DNA of 64,000 nt from Fonticula-like sp. SCN 57-25. Taxonomy: Eukaryota. Positions 25,819 to 37,000 of this stretch are shown here, one piece after another. The position numbers were made by a program, and so were the translations under genes. Position 1 is the stretch's first letter. Every line of letters starts with the position of its first letter. The DNA lies in assembly GCA_001724245.1 (NCBI GenBank), contig MEDX01000010.1, forward strand, positions 1 to 64,000, given 5' to 3'. Under the pieces are notes generated by a model. That model was given only the letters and a program-made list of their open reading frames with translations, did not search any database and was not told where the DNA came from.

Positions 25819-27090
25819 CTACTTTTCGGCCGCTCCCATATTGTAGTACGCCCAGATCGCCCCGAGTGCCGCCGCGCACGCGCCGCCGACCCACCCCGCC
25901 GCCCCGCACGACCGCCACCGCGCGCCCTTTTCCTCGCCCTGCTTCACCTGCGCCCCCCCTGTGGGCTTTTCCGCCTCCGCCGGCGACGCAAACAAGTTTT
26001 TGTACGCAGCGCGCTCCTTTTCGTTGTGGCTGCGGAGCGCGGCCCGCGCCTCGTCGAGCAGCTGCCGTACGATGGGGTTGCCCGGCTCGAGCCGCGTGGC
26101 CGTCTCGGCGTAGCGAATCGCCTCCTCGTGGTTGTTCATGCGCAGGTGGATCTGCGCCGTGCGGAAGAGCGCCTTGATGTTGTTGCCGTCGATCTCGAGC
26201 GCGCGCGTCGCATAGTCCAGCGCAACGTCGTCCATGCCACCGCTCTTGCGATACGTCGTCGCGAGGTTGAGCAGCAGTGTGCACTTGAGCGCGAGAAGCT
26301 CAGCGTCAAGGGCGTCGTGCTCCTTCGGAAGGTAGTTTAACGCGCGCTTGTACCTGAATGCCGGGGATCAGCACACATGCAAGGCAAACACAAAAGTACG
26401 CACGAATTGGCAGCGGCATCAAAGTTGTCGATGGAGAACCAAAACTTGCCGCGCTCATTCTTGGCCGACAGCTGCTGCATGCGCTCCGCCAGCGTCATTT
26501 CGCTGATGAGCTTGGTGTCCTCGATCCCGACGAGCTCGATCTCAAACTCGACATTGGCGTTGGGCGGGTAAAGCGGCGGCCACCCGAGGCTACCGTACGC
26601 GAACCGCGAGTCCGACTTTACAATAGCCTTTTCGCCAAGCTCCATAAGAGAGACGGCAAGGTCAAACGCTGAGCAGAGAGCAGAGGTGAGAACAGTGGAA
26701 TTCAAAGGGACGAAGGGCGGCATGCAGCGTACCGGTGACGGCATCGCCATCGCCGAGGACGAATGTGTACGGGCCCTCGTCGGCGCCCCGTGTGCTGCCG
26801 GCGTACGTGCGCGGCTCCATGACCCACGCGTCGTAGTGTACGCTGACAGACTGCCCGTTGACCGGCCGCGCGCCCGCCTCGCCCGGCCGCAGCACCTTTT
26901 TAAGCAGCGACTGGTTACCGAGGATGTCTAGCCACTCGGCATGCTCGCGCTCCTCCTTGGCGAGCTCGGCCAGCGGCCCATGCTCAAGTATGCTTACGTC
27001 TGGCGAGTGCTCGGGGTCCTCAACGTGCACGACGCTGTCCGCCTCCTTTACAGCGGCCTCCACTGCCAGCGCCGCATCGCGATCCGCCAT
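25819..27090 (-). CDS. FKBP8/FKBP38-like FKBP + TPR protein with C-terminal membrane anchor
   Basis: EWLDILGNQSLLKKVL, FVLGDGD, RFAYGSLG..P..PPNA, TPR NNIKALFR and hydrophobic tail WVGGACAAALGAIWAYY. Two introns. Confidence 0.88.
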
Positions 27091-27116
27091 CTCGGCTGCA
27101 CACCAAAACAAGAATC

Positions 27117-27126
27117 GTGACGTCAC
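27117..27126. promoter_or_regulatory. GTGACGTCAC (CRE-like) palindrome in the 70-nt gap between divergent start codons
   Basis: Perfect 10-bp palindrome between the FKBP8-like ATG (27090, minus) and the CDK11-like ATG (27161, plus). Confidence 0.45.
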
Positions 27127-27160
27127 TACTAGCGGTTTGCACACCATTTTGCGCGGGCAA

Positions 27161-28766
27161 ATGTCGGACGGCGGTGGCGGCGCCAAAAAGTCGCGCTGGC
27201 AGGACGACAGCGACGACGAGAGCGACGATGTGCGGCGGGTGCGTGCCTTCATTCCTTTTTTCTTTTGTTTCATCCTCAACTGTGCATTGAACTTGATCGG
27301 TCCAGGCGGCGCTGCAGAAGAGGCTGAAGCGCGTCAAGGAAGCCGATCCCGCTGAAGCGCGGGCGTCCCCCACGCCACCGCCGCGGGAGGCGAGCCCGGC
27401 GCCGCAGCAGCCGCAGCAGGCGCAGCAGGCGCCGCTCGCAGGCGGGGTGAGCCCGGCGCACGTCGGATCGCCGCGGGTGGACAGCCCGGCGGCGTCGGCC
27501 GACCCGGCCATGCAGGGCGCACCACCAGAGCCCATCATGGCGCTGCCCCGGGCGAGGCCCGTCCTCGCGCCGTGCCGCAACGTGAACGTGTACGAAAAGC
27601 TGAACCGCATCGATGAAGGCACGTATGGTGTTGTTTACCGCGCGCGCGAACGTGAGACGGGGCGCGCCGTGGCGCTCAAGCGGCTAAAGATCGAGAATGA
27701 AAAGGAGGGGTTCCCGATCACGTCGCTGCGCGAGATCAATACGCTCCTGGCGTGCAGGCACCCTCATATTGTAGAGATTATTGAAATTGTTGTGGGCGAC
27801 GAGCTGGACCAGTTTTACATGGTGATGGAGTTTCTCGAGAACGACGCGAGAGCGCTCCTGGAGGATATGAAGCGCGGCTTTTCCCCTTCCGAAGTCAAGA
27901 CGCTCATGCACCAGCTGGTATGTCTTTCTTTTGTATTTTGTCATTTTTTGACACATTTTCTCCTATTTTACCTTTAGCTGAGCGCGATGGCGCACATGCA
28001 CGACAACTGGATGATCCACCGCGATCTCAAGCCGTCCAACCTTTTGATGAGCAACCAAGGCGAGCTCAAAGTGGCCGACTTTGGCCTCGCTCGTTTCTTT
28101 GGCGACCCGCAGGACCGCATGACGCCCAACGTCGTGACGCAGTTTTACCGTGCTCCCGAAGTCCTGTTGGGCTCGCGCGAATACACTACCGCCGTCGACA
28201 TGTGGTCCGTCGGGTGCATCTTTGCAGAGCTGATGACGCGCGACATTCTCTTTCAGGGCCGCAGCGAGCTTGACCAGGTACTCATTTGACCATTTCAGAT
28301 TTTCAGTGTTTTTTGTGCTCAAAACTGACCCTCTTTCGTTTAGCTCGCGGTGATCTTCAAGATGCTCGGCCGCCCTTCGCCCGACGTGTGGCCCGGTTTT
28401 GACGACTTGCCGTACGCGAAGCGCGTCAACTTTGACGCGCAGCCGTACAATTTCCTTCCGGCGTTCTTCCGGGACAAGCACCGCGCGACGAACAATGCGA
28501 TTGACCTTCTCAATGGGATGCTGCGGCTGGACCCCGCGCGGCGGCTCACGGCCGAACAGGCGCTTCGGCACCCCTACTTTTCCGAGCCGCCGGCGCCCAA
28601 GCACCCGTCAATGTTCCCGTCGTTCCCGTCAAAGGGCGAGGGGCAGCGCAGGGAGAGGACACCGCCGGCGCAGCGTGGGCGTGGGGGAAAGCAGGTCATG
28701 GACGAGGACGAGATGCAGCACTTGATGGAGAGGAACGCGGCGGCGCAGTTTCAGCTCAAATTTTAA
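27161..28766 (+). CDS. CDK11: CDK11 (PITSLRE) family cyclin-dependent kinase
   Basis: [50 protein letters not shown] and C-terminal MFPSFPSK. Three introns. Confidence 0.93.
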
Positions 28767-29031
28767 TCGTTTTTGTTTTTGCATCGAGAGGCGAATGTAT
28801 TTTATTGTGGATAAGTTTATGAGGGCACTATGGAATAGGTGCAAATTTGGCTATTTGTCTATCACAAGCATCAGTTGATTCCTCACGCACAGCATTTTTC
28901 CTTCACTGGTTGGTAGAGTGGACAAACGAGGCAAACCACTAAAAAAATATTTCGTCACCGACAATGTATATTACAAGCACGTTCTACAATGCAAATAGAG
29001 TACAAATGAAACACAACCGACCCCTGTCGCC

Positions 29032-29917
29032 TCACGCGTCGGCCTCAAAGAGCGACTTCAGTACGGCGTCGATAGTTCCCGGCCGAGCCGACCTGTCGTC
29101 GACCTTTGCCTGCGCCCTGAGCCTCTTTAGCGGCGCCGCCTTGCGCGCAACCTTCTCCTTGACCTCCTTTGCGAGCGTCTGCATGCGCGCGTACTCGCCT
29201 GCAAAGGCGGTGCCCGGCACGTTGCGGGCCGCGGCGAGCGCGTCGGGCTTGACGGCCGAGAGGAGCGCCGCTGCTTCGTCGAGACGGTCGAGCTTGGCCT
29301 GCAGCGACTGAATGCCCGTCGCAAGCATAAAGGCCTGGCCGCGCAGTTCGGCGTAGCGCTGGCGCGCGGCGGGTTCGGCGTGCTGCTCGATCGGCCACTC
29401 TTCGGGGAAGGCGTCGGCGAGGCTAAAAGTGCGTTAGAAAGAAGGATATTGAGAGAGAGCACCCCATGACACATTCACAAATGCTCAAAAAAGTATGGTT
29501 CAAATGCGTACGAGGAAGGGTCGACGGAAAGACTGTGGACATCGATTGGCACATCGGGGCGCGCGCTCTGCTCGTCCGCCGTCTGCAGCGAAAGGAGAAA
29601 GTCGCGCTGCAGCTGCTGCGTAAACACCAGCTGCAAATAGGCGCGGCGCTCTGAATTGACTAGAAACATGCCTCGTCAGACGATGCCACATTCTCAATAT
29701 AATATACGTACAGCGCTGCACGGCGCCCATCATGGACGCCACCGAGATCTCGTCCACCGGCTCCTTTGGTAATGTAATGTCAAAGTCGGCAGAAATCACA
29801 GCAATTTGCTCAGCAAGAAACTGCCGCCTCGCCTCCACAAGCGCCTTTCCCTCGGAAATCTACCGTGCGTCAGCACTTCCAGGTTCAACGCGACGCCAAG
29901 CGCACCTCGTCCGCCAT
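29032..29917 (-). CDS. Probable kinetochore subunit Fta4/Nkp1-like protein
   Basis: Four exons splice in frame to MADEISEGKALVEARRQFLAEQIAVIS...AVQRFNSERRAYLQLVFTQQ...LADAFPEEWP...QRYAELR...EYARMQTLAKEV. The motif order resembles fungal Fta4. The gene model is well supported; the family call is less certain. Confidence 0.6.
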
Positions 29918-30026
29918 GGCCGTTCAAATTGCGCGGCTAACGGCGCGCTTTGACAGGTCGATGCAAACTGGAACTGAATTGCAGTCATCACGTGACTTGG
30001 TCTCGTGTGGCCAGGTGCGGCGCGCC

Positions 30027-31592
30027 ATGTGGAAGCCGACATACGCGCAGACGTGCAGCGCCATCTACTTTGGGTGCTATGCGCTCGTCGGTGCTGCGCT
30101 CTCCTCGCTCGGTCCCGCGCTGATCAACCTTGCCGATCAGACGGGAACCGACATTGGCGGCGTATCGTGCGTGTTTTATCTCGTGTCACGTTCGCTGACA
30201 TATCCACCTTGGTCCCTGCAGGTTTATCTTCCCCGTGCGGTCGCTCGCGTACCTTATTGGCTCTGCTATTGGCGGCCCTCTCTTTGACCGCCTCCCCGGC
30301 CACTATCTGTTCTCCTTTGCCATGTCGCTGGCGTGCATTGGCACAACGCTGCTGCCCTTTTGCAAGACGGTCGTTCTGCTCGCCCTGACCGCGTCTGTCC
30401 AGGGCCTGTCGATCGGCTTCCTCGACACGGGCTCGAACGTGCTGCTTGTTTGGGTTCACGGCGACGAAAAGGTCGCGCCGTACCTCCAGTTCATCCATTT
30501 TGCATTTGGCGTCGGCGCCTTTATCGCGCCGCTGCTCGTCGAGCTGAGCGTGAACGCAATCGCCGCACCTTCGCTCGCGTTCTGGATCATCGGCGCGCTC
30601 TTTGCGCCCATCGCCGCTGTGCTGCTCTTTGTAAAGTCGCCGCGGCAGGACTCTGCTGTCAAGGCGGACGGCGAACAGGCGGCGCCGCCGCCGGCGCGGT
30701 CTGGCGGCCTCGGCCGGTATGAAATGGCGCTCGTCGTGATCGCCGCCTGCATCATGTTCGTCTATGTCGGCACCGAGATCGGCGAGGGCAGCTACATTTT
30801 TACGTACTCTGTGCTGTACGCGGGCTTCACCGAGGCGCAGGGGCACTACCTCACGTCGGCCTTTTGGGGCAGCCTGGCGGTACGACCTTTTATGATGATG
30901 GCGCTGCATATCTAACACGTGCGCAGCTCGGCCGCCTCATTGCCGTGCCAGTGTCAATCTACGTCAAGCCAGCGCGCATTCTCCTGTTCAACTTTACCGG
31001 CTCGCTCGTGAGCGTCTTTCTCATCGCCGTCTTCCCCGCGTCGCACGGCATCGTACGTTCCCGCGCTTTTTCCTTTGGCCACTTTTCTGACAAACCCGCC
31101 GCGCAGCTGTGGGCGTGTACCGTGACGTACGGCCTGTGCATGTCGTGCATCTTCCCTTCGGTCCTCAACATGCTCCAGGGCGACGTCCCGCTCACGGGCA
31201 AGCTCACGTCGGCGCTCGTCATCTCCGGCGCGCTCGGCGAGATGGTCGTCCCGCTCGTGCTCGCGTTTGTCTTTGAGCAGGACCCGTCGACATTTGTGTT
31301 TTTGATATACATCTTGGTCATGGGCGCCGCCGTGTCGCTCGTGCTCATGGCCGTCTTTATGTTTGTGTCGAGGAGGAGGAGGCTGACCAAGGCGTACAGC
31401 TCGCTCGAGGAGGACGGGCAGCTGCAGGTGGACAGCGAGGAAGATGAAATTGGGATGGACGACGACGGCAACAACTTTAAGATGGCGCAGCTGACGGCGC
31501 CGGGAAGCTCGGCGCACCTGCTCGGCGACGAGCCAATCGAGCTCGACGAGTTCCATACGGCGGACGACGACGACGACGTGCAGCTCTTGTAA
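30027..31592 (+). CDS. MFSD4-like major facilitator superfamily transporter
   Basis: SSLGPALINL, GFLDTGSN, HFAFGVGAFIAP, YVGTE, AFWG....GRLIA and MSCIFP. Acidic tail ending DDDDDVQLL. Three introns. Confidence 0.9.
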
Positions 31593-31846
31593 AGCTTTTG
31601 TCTATGGATTCGGTATGCCAGATTCGCCATACCTATCATGTATGCCGAGTAGCAGGTGTCCTTTGAGGATGCGATGCCCTTTTTAGTATTTTTTCTGTAA
31701 ATGATTTTGTGGTCTTTTGATTTTGGTCTGAATGTATATAGCCGCGAAGTTTTTATACATAAAAAGAGTAACTATGGCGACGCTATCCGAAAACTAAAAA
31801 TTTCCCAAAACAATATAAGACAAATAACAACAGCAAACTAGAGTGT

Positions 31847-33713
31847 TTACTGCGACAGCGCCTTGATGCGCAGCTCGTAATCTAAACAGCCGATTAGTAT
31901 CAATGAAAATGTCCACAATTTCGCCTTTGCGCACCTTGCTCCAGGGCGAGGTAAGCCTGCTTCTCCGACTGGCCAATAATTTGGAGCATCTCAACCTCGG
32001 CCTTGAGCGACTCAATTTCCTGCTTGGCCTCCTTGATCATCTGGGCGGCAGACTCCTCGGCGCGGATGCGGCGAGTGTGCTCGGCGGTGCACTGCTGCGA
32101 GTACATAAGGTTCTCCTCCTTGAGCGTGGCGACCTTCTCCTCCAGCGCGGCAATCTGCGCCGTCTTTTCGGCGATTTCAAACTGCAGGGCGGCAAAGTCA
32201 ACCTCGATGGCCTCGCTGAGCGCGCGCTCAATCGAGGCGCGCTTCGTCGACTCGATGGCCAGCTTCTCCTCGGCAGCCTGGTGCGACTGCTTCGTGGACG
32301 CCATCGACTGCTCGAGCTGCGACGTCTGGCGCGCCATGCGCAGCGTGTCCGCCTGGTACAGCTCGACGCTGTCCGTCGCCTTGTTCAGGGCGAGCGTGCG
32401 CTCCTTGAGCGTCATGTCGGCGCGGAGCTGCGCGTCCAGGAGCGTGGCGCACTGCTCGGCCACCTTGCCCTTGAGCACGTCAACAGTCGCGTCAGAGGTC
32501 TGCAGCTGCTCAAACATCTGGCGAAGGCTCGACGCCATCGCAGCGCATTCGTCGGACGAGACCTTGGCGCTCTGCAGGGCAAAGTCGCATTCCTTGTTGG
32601 CAATCGTGCTGCGCTCCTTTTCGGCCGCAAGATTCGCCTCAAGCTGCGCAATCTAAGACAAAAGATGGTCAATAACCCATCAAAACAAGAAAAAAAAATT
32701 GCATACCTGAGCGTTGAGCGCCTCCTCGTTGGCCTTGGCCTCGGCCTTGGCCGCCAAAAGAGCCTCCTCAAGCTTGCTGCGGTCGTTCCTCTCCTGAGCC
32801 GCCGCCTGCGAGCTGCAGCGACAATGTAAGCGTTGAGTACACTTCACTTAATTTCGTACCTGACAGAGTGCTCGCGCGACTTGGCCTCGAGCTTCTTGGA
32901 CTGGTCCAAGAGGGCCTTCTTTGTCTCGGCCATGTCGTGATTGGCAACCGACGACTGCGACTCGTGCTGGGCGGCCGACTGGATGCGCTCGGCGATGAGC
33001 TTGTTGGTCTTTGAGATCTGCTCGTCGAGCTGGCGGCGGACGGACGCCTCCATGCGGCGCGACGACTCGAGGAGGACCTCGGTCTTCCTGAGCTCAGTCG
33101 CAAGGCGCTTGGACTCGAGCTGCTCCTTCTTGAGGTCAGCCTCGGTCGCGTGCAAAAGCTGGTTCGCCTTCTGGTTGTCAAGCTCGGCCTTTTGGCGCGT
33201 GGCCGTCTCCTTGGCAACGCGCTTGTCGGCGTCAGAAACAGCGCGGTTAGCGCTGGCAAGCTGCACGGTGAGTGCGGCAATTTCCTCCTTCGCGGCAGAA
33301 AGCTCCTTGGAGACAAAGGGGGCAGCGACAGACTTGGCGGCGGGGGCGGCGGCCTCAGCGGGCTTGGCGGCCGGCTTGGCGGCGGACAGCTGCGCAGCGG
33401 CGGCAGCCCTCGAGGCAGTCGTCATAGAGGACATTGTGCGCAGAGAGCCATGCGTGTGGAAGGTGCGCAGGCTCTGGGTGCGGACCGGGCTGCCCGGCTT
33501 GTTGTCATCGACATCGCCGATGATGGAGCGGGAGCGGGTGGGCACCGAGCGCTTCACCGGCGAGGCCGCCTTGCTGGAGGAAGCAGCGGGCTTCTCCGCC
33601 ACCTCGACAACAGCATTCTCTTCAGCGATGGCCTGGGGGGCCGCCTCGGGCGACGTGGCAAGCTGCTGATCCTTCTTGAGCGGCGAGGCCGAGCCGCTCA
33701 GGATGCTCTTCAT
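31847..33713 (-). CDS. Long coiled-coil protein with S/P-rich N-terminus, function unknown
   Basis: Exons with strong coding bias and heptad-like E/K/A/L content, joined by three GT-AG introns and ending DYELRIKALSQ*. Confidence 0.8.
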
Positions 33714-34017
33714 GTTCTCTGACCGCGCGTTCGTCCTCTCTGTACGAACATTAGATCTTACAAAGCGCTTTTGGATAAACGTACGGTTCACGGCAGTGCT
33801 GCTCTGCAGCACCTTTGGCTGGGTCGCCGACATCTCCCTCTTACTCTTTCGAACGGTCAGTCGTCGAGCAGGGGAATGGAGTTTCACAATTTTTGTTTCG
33901 AATCGAGTAACGTCTCGATCGCGATTGGATTTTGCACGATCGCGATTTACCCGAGCTGCCTATTCGCCTCGTGGTCCGCAAAGCCGCAACCCACGGCACA
34001 TCACCTTTCTCGCCAGG

Positions 34018-37000
34018 ATGAAGCGAGCGGCGCGACCGTCCGGCAAGCCGGAGAAGAGCGCTCGTCCTGCTCACCGCGAAAAGAAGCCGTCTACCGAGGT
34101 GGTGGAAGAAAAGCCTGTGCTGAAGCGCAAGGTTGAGGAGGAGGATTTCCCGCGCGGTGGCGACATTGGCCTGACGCCTTTGGAGTACCGCGAGGTTGTC
34201 CGCCAGGCCCAGGAGGACCTTCTCAAGGATGATGTACGAGTGCTTTTGTGCATAATTTACCCATCTTTCTGACGTTTGCGCGTAGACTACGTTGATTGGC
34301 GACGACACGGAGGCGCAGGAGGCTGCTGCCGCCGCCAAGCCCGCGGCCACCGAGAAGCGCAAGAGCAAGAAGCAAAAGGTGGTTGCCACCAAGGAGCCGC
34401 GCGAGGAGAAGGCGCTCACCGCCACCGTTCTCAAGTTCAAGGGCCTTCACGTCGGCCTCACGCTCCTTGGCGCCGTCAAGGAAGTTCGCGAGCTTGATCT
34501 TGCCATCTCGCTTCCCCATGGTCTTACCGGCCACTGCTCCATCACTGAAATTTCGCCCGAGTTTTCTGCGTTTATTGAGGCTGCCGCCGAAGATGACTCG
34601 GCTGCCGAGGACGCCGACAGCGACGACGAGGCTGCCGCGCGTGGGTCTGATGTGCCCGCTCTCGATGCGCACTTTACCGTCGGCCAGCTTGTAAAGTGCG
34701 TCATCATCGGCCTTGACCGCTCGCCCTCGGGGCACAAGCGCGTCGAGGTGAGCCTGATGCCGTCCAAGGTGAACGGCGGCATTGAGGCTTCCGATCTCGC
34801 CGTTGGCACTGTGCTGCCCGCCAGCGTGCAGAGCATTGAGGACCACGGCTACGTGCTCGGTCTCGGCATCGGCGAAGCCAAGGCGTTCCTGCGCACCAAG
34901 GACGCCAACACGCATGCGCCGGGAATCGGCGTTGGATCGCTCGTCAACTGCGCGATCACAAAGGTGGACCCTGCTCACCGCGTTTTCCACGTTTCGGCTG
35001 ACCCGACCGTTGCTCTCCACGCCGCCGTGCGTCTTTTGCTTCGTTTTGCCGTTTTTTTGCTGACCGAATGTTTCATAGACGCCGTCCGCTGCTGTTACTC
35101 ATATTCGCGACATTCGCCCGGGCCAGCTTATGAACGCCCGTGTCCGTCAGCTGCTCACCAACGGCCTCGAGGTCGAGTTCCTCGAGAACTTCCGCGGCAC
35201 GATCGACATGCACCACATTGGCTCCGACATTGGCAAGGCCGAGTCTGACCTCGGCTCGCTCTTCAAGGTCAACCAAAAGGTCCGCGCGAGGGTCCTGTTT
35301 GTGGACCACATGAACCGCCGCGTCGGTCTGTCCCTCGCGCCCCACATGGTCGGATGGACTGCCCCCGCTTTTTCGATCGACGACGTACGCATTTTTTGGT
35401 GTGAATTCTTTGTTGACCCTTTTTATTCTTTAGGAGACGGTTGAGATTGGCCATATTTTCGAGGAGGCCACGATTGTGCGCGTCGTCCAGGGCCTGTCGC
35501 TGACCCTCGAGGCGCCCGGATCCTCCGCGCCCCTCTTCTGCCACGTACGCCGCCGTAGCTCTACCCTTGCCCGCCACTCACTCTTGCTCGCAGATCTCCC
35601 AGGTGTCAGACGCGACGACCGAAAAGTTTGATAAGGAACACCGCATTGGAAGGTGCGTGCAATGCTATTGATAACCGTTTAAGCTGACACTTTTTGCAGC
35701 ACGCATCGCTGCCGTGTCATTGCGCTCGACTACGCCGACGGCCTCGTGCGCGTGTCCATGCAGGAGAGCGTGCTCAAGCGCCCGTTCATCACCTACGCCG
35801 ACGTGCGCGCCGGCCAAGCTGTTCAGGTACGCCGAGTTGGCATGTTTTGTTATAATTTTCGTGCCGCAGTGATGCTTTTGATTAGTCTTTCTGAACCAAA
35901 TCTGAAGACACATTTATTCAATCCTGAGCTTTTTGTCTGTTTTTTGTTGTGTCTACTATCTCGCATATCTTCTCTTTACTAACGATTGGCCTCGTTAGGT
36001 GCGACGTGTTTCATTTTTCCCCTCCTTTGTTCCGCAATGATGGTTTGATTAGTCTTTCCGAACACCCTTGAAGACGCATTATTTCTTTGCTGAGCTTTTC
36101 TTTTAAACATTCTCGCTTTGGTTTCCCGTTTTGCCTTTAATCCTCACGCATCTTTGTAGGGCGAGGTTATCTCTGCTGGCTCCTTTGGTGTCTCTGTTCA
36201 GCTTGCCGAGGGTATCCGTGGCTTCTGCCCGCTGAACCAGGCTGCTGACGTCAAGCTGTCTCACCCCGAGAAGCGCTTCAAGGTCGGCTCGACCTTCAAG
36301 TTCCTTGTGCTGTCTGTTGACGCCAAGGCGAAGCGCATCACGCTGACGCACCGCAAGTCCCTCCTCGACTCGACGCACCCGCGCATCACCGAGTACACTG
36401 AGGCGACCCCCGGCATGCTCTCGAGCGGCGTCATCACGAACGTTGGCTCCTTTGGCGTTGTCGTGCGCTTCTTCAACAACGTGCACGGCCTCGTACCCGT
36501 CAAGGAGCTCGGCCCGATCGACGTTGCGGACCCGACCAAGCTTTTCCACATTGACCACCCGGTCGTCTGCCGCGTCATTTCGTCGGACCCCGAGACGCGC
36601 AAGATGCGCCTCAGCTTCCGCTTGTCGCTCATCTCGAGGCGGCCTGATGAGGAGGGCAAGGCCGCGCCGGCCGCCAAGCCGGCGTCGCGCAAGGCGGGCG
36701 AGTCGCCCGTGGCGTACACGCCCGAGGACATTTTCGCGGGCAAGGTCGTTGAGGGCACGATCAGCCAGCTGTTTGCGACGCACATGATTGTCGCGCTGCC
36801 CGGCAACATCAAGGGCTACATGCACGCCAGCGAGATCCACGACCGCCTCGAGGACGGCGCCGTCAGCCCGCTGCCCGGCGCGTTCAAGCCCGGCCAGCAG
36901 ATCAGGGCCAAGGTCATTGGCGTCGGCTACGACAAGGACGACGCCAAGTTCCTCGCCATCACTCACCGCCACTCGCGCCGCGGCGTCGTCGCGATCCTGT

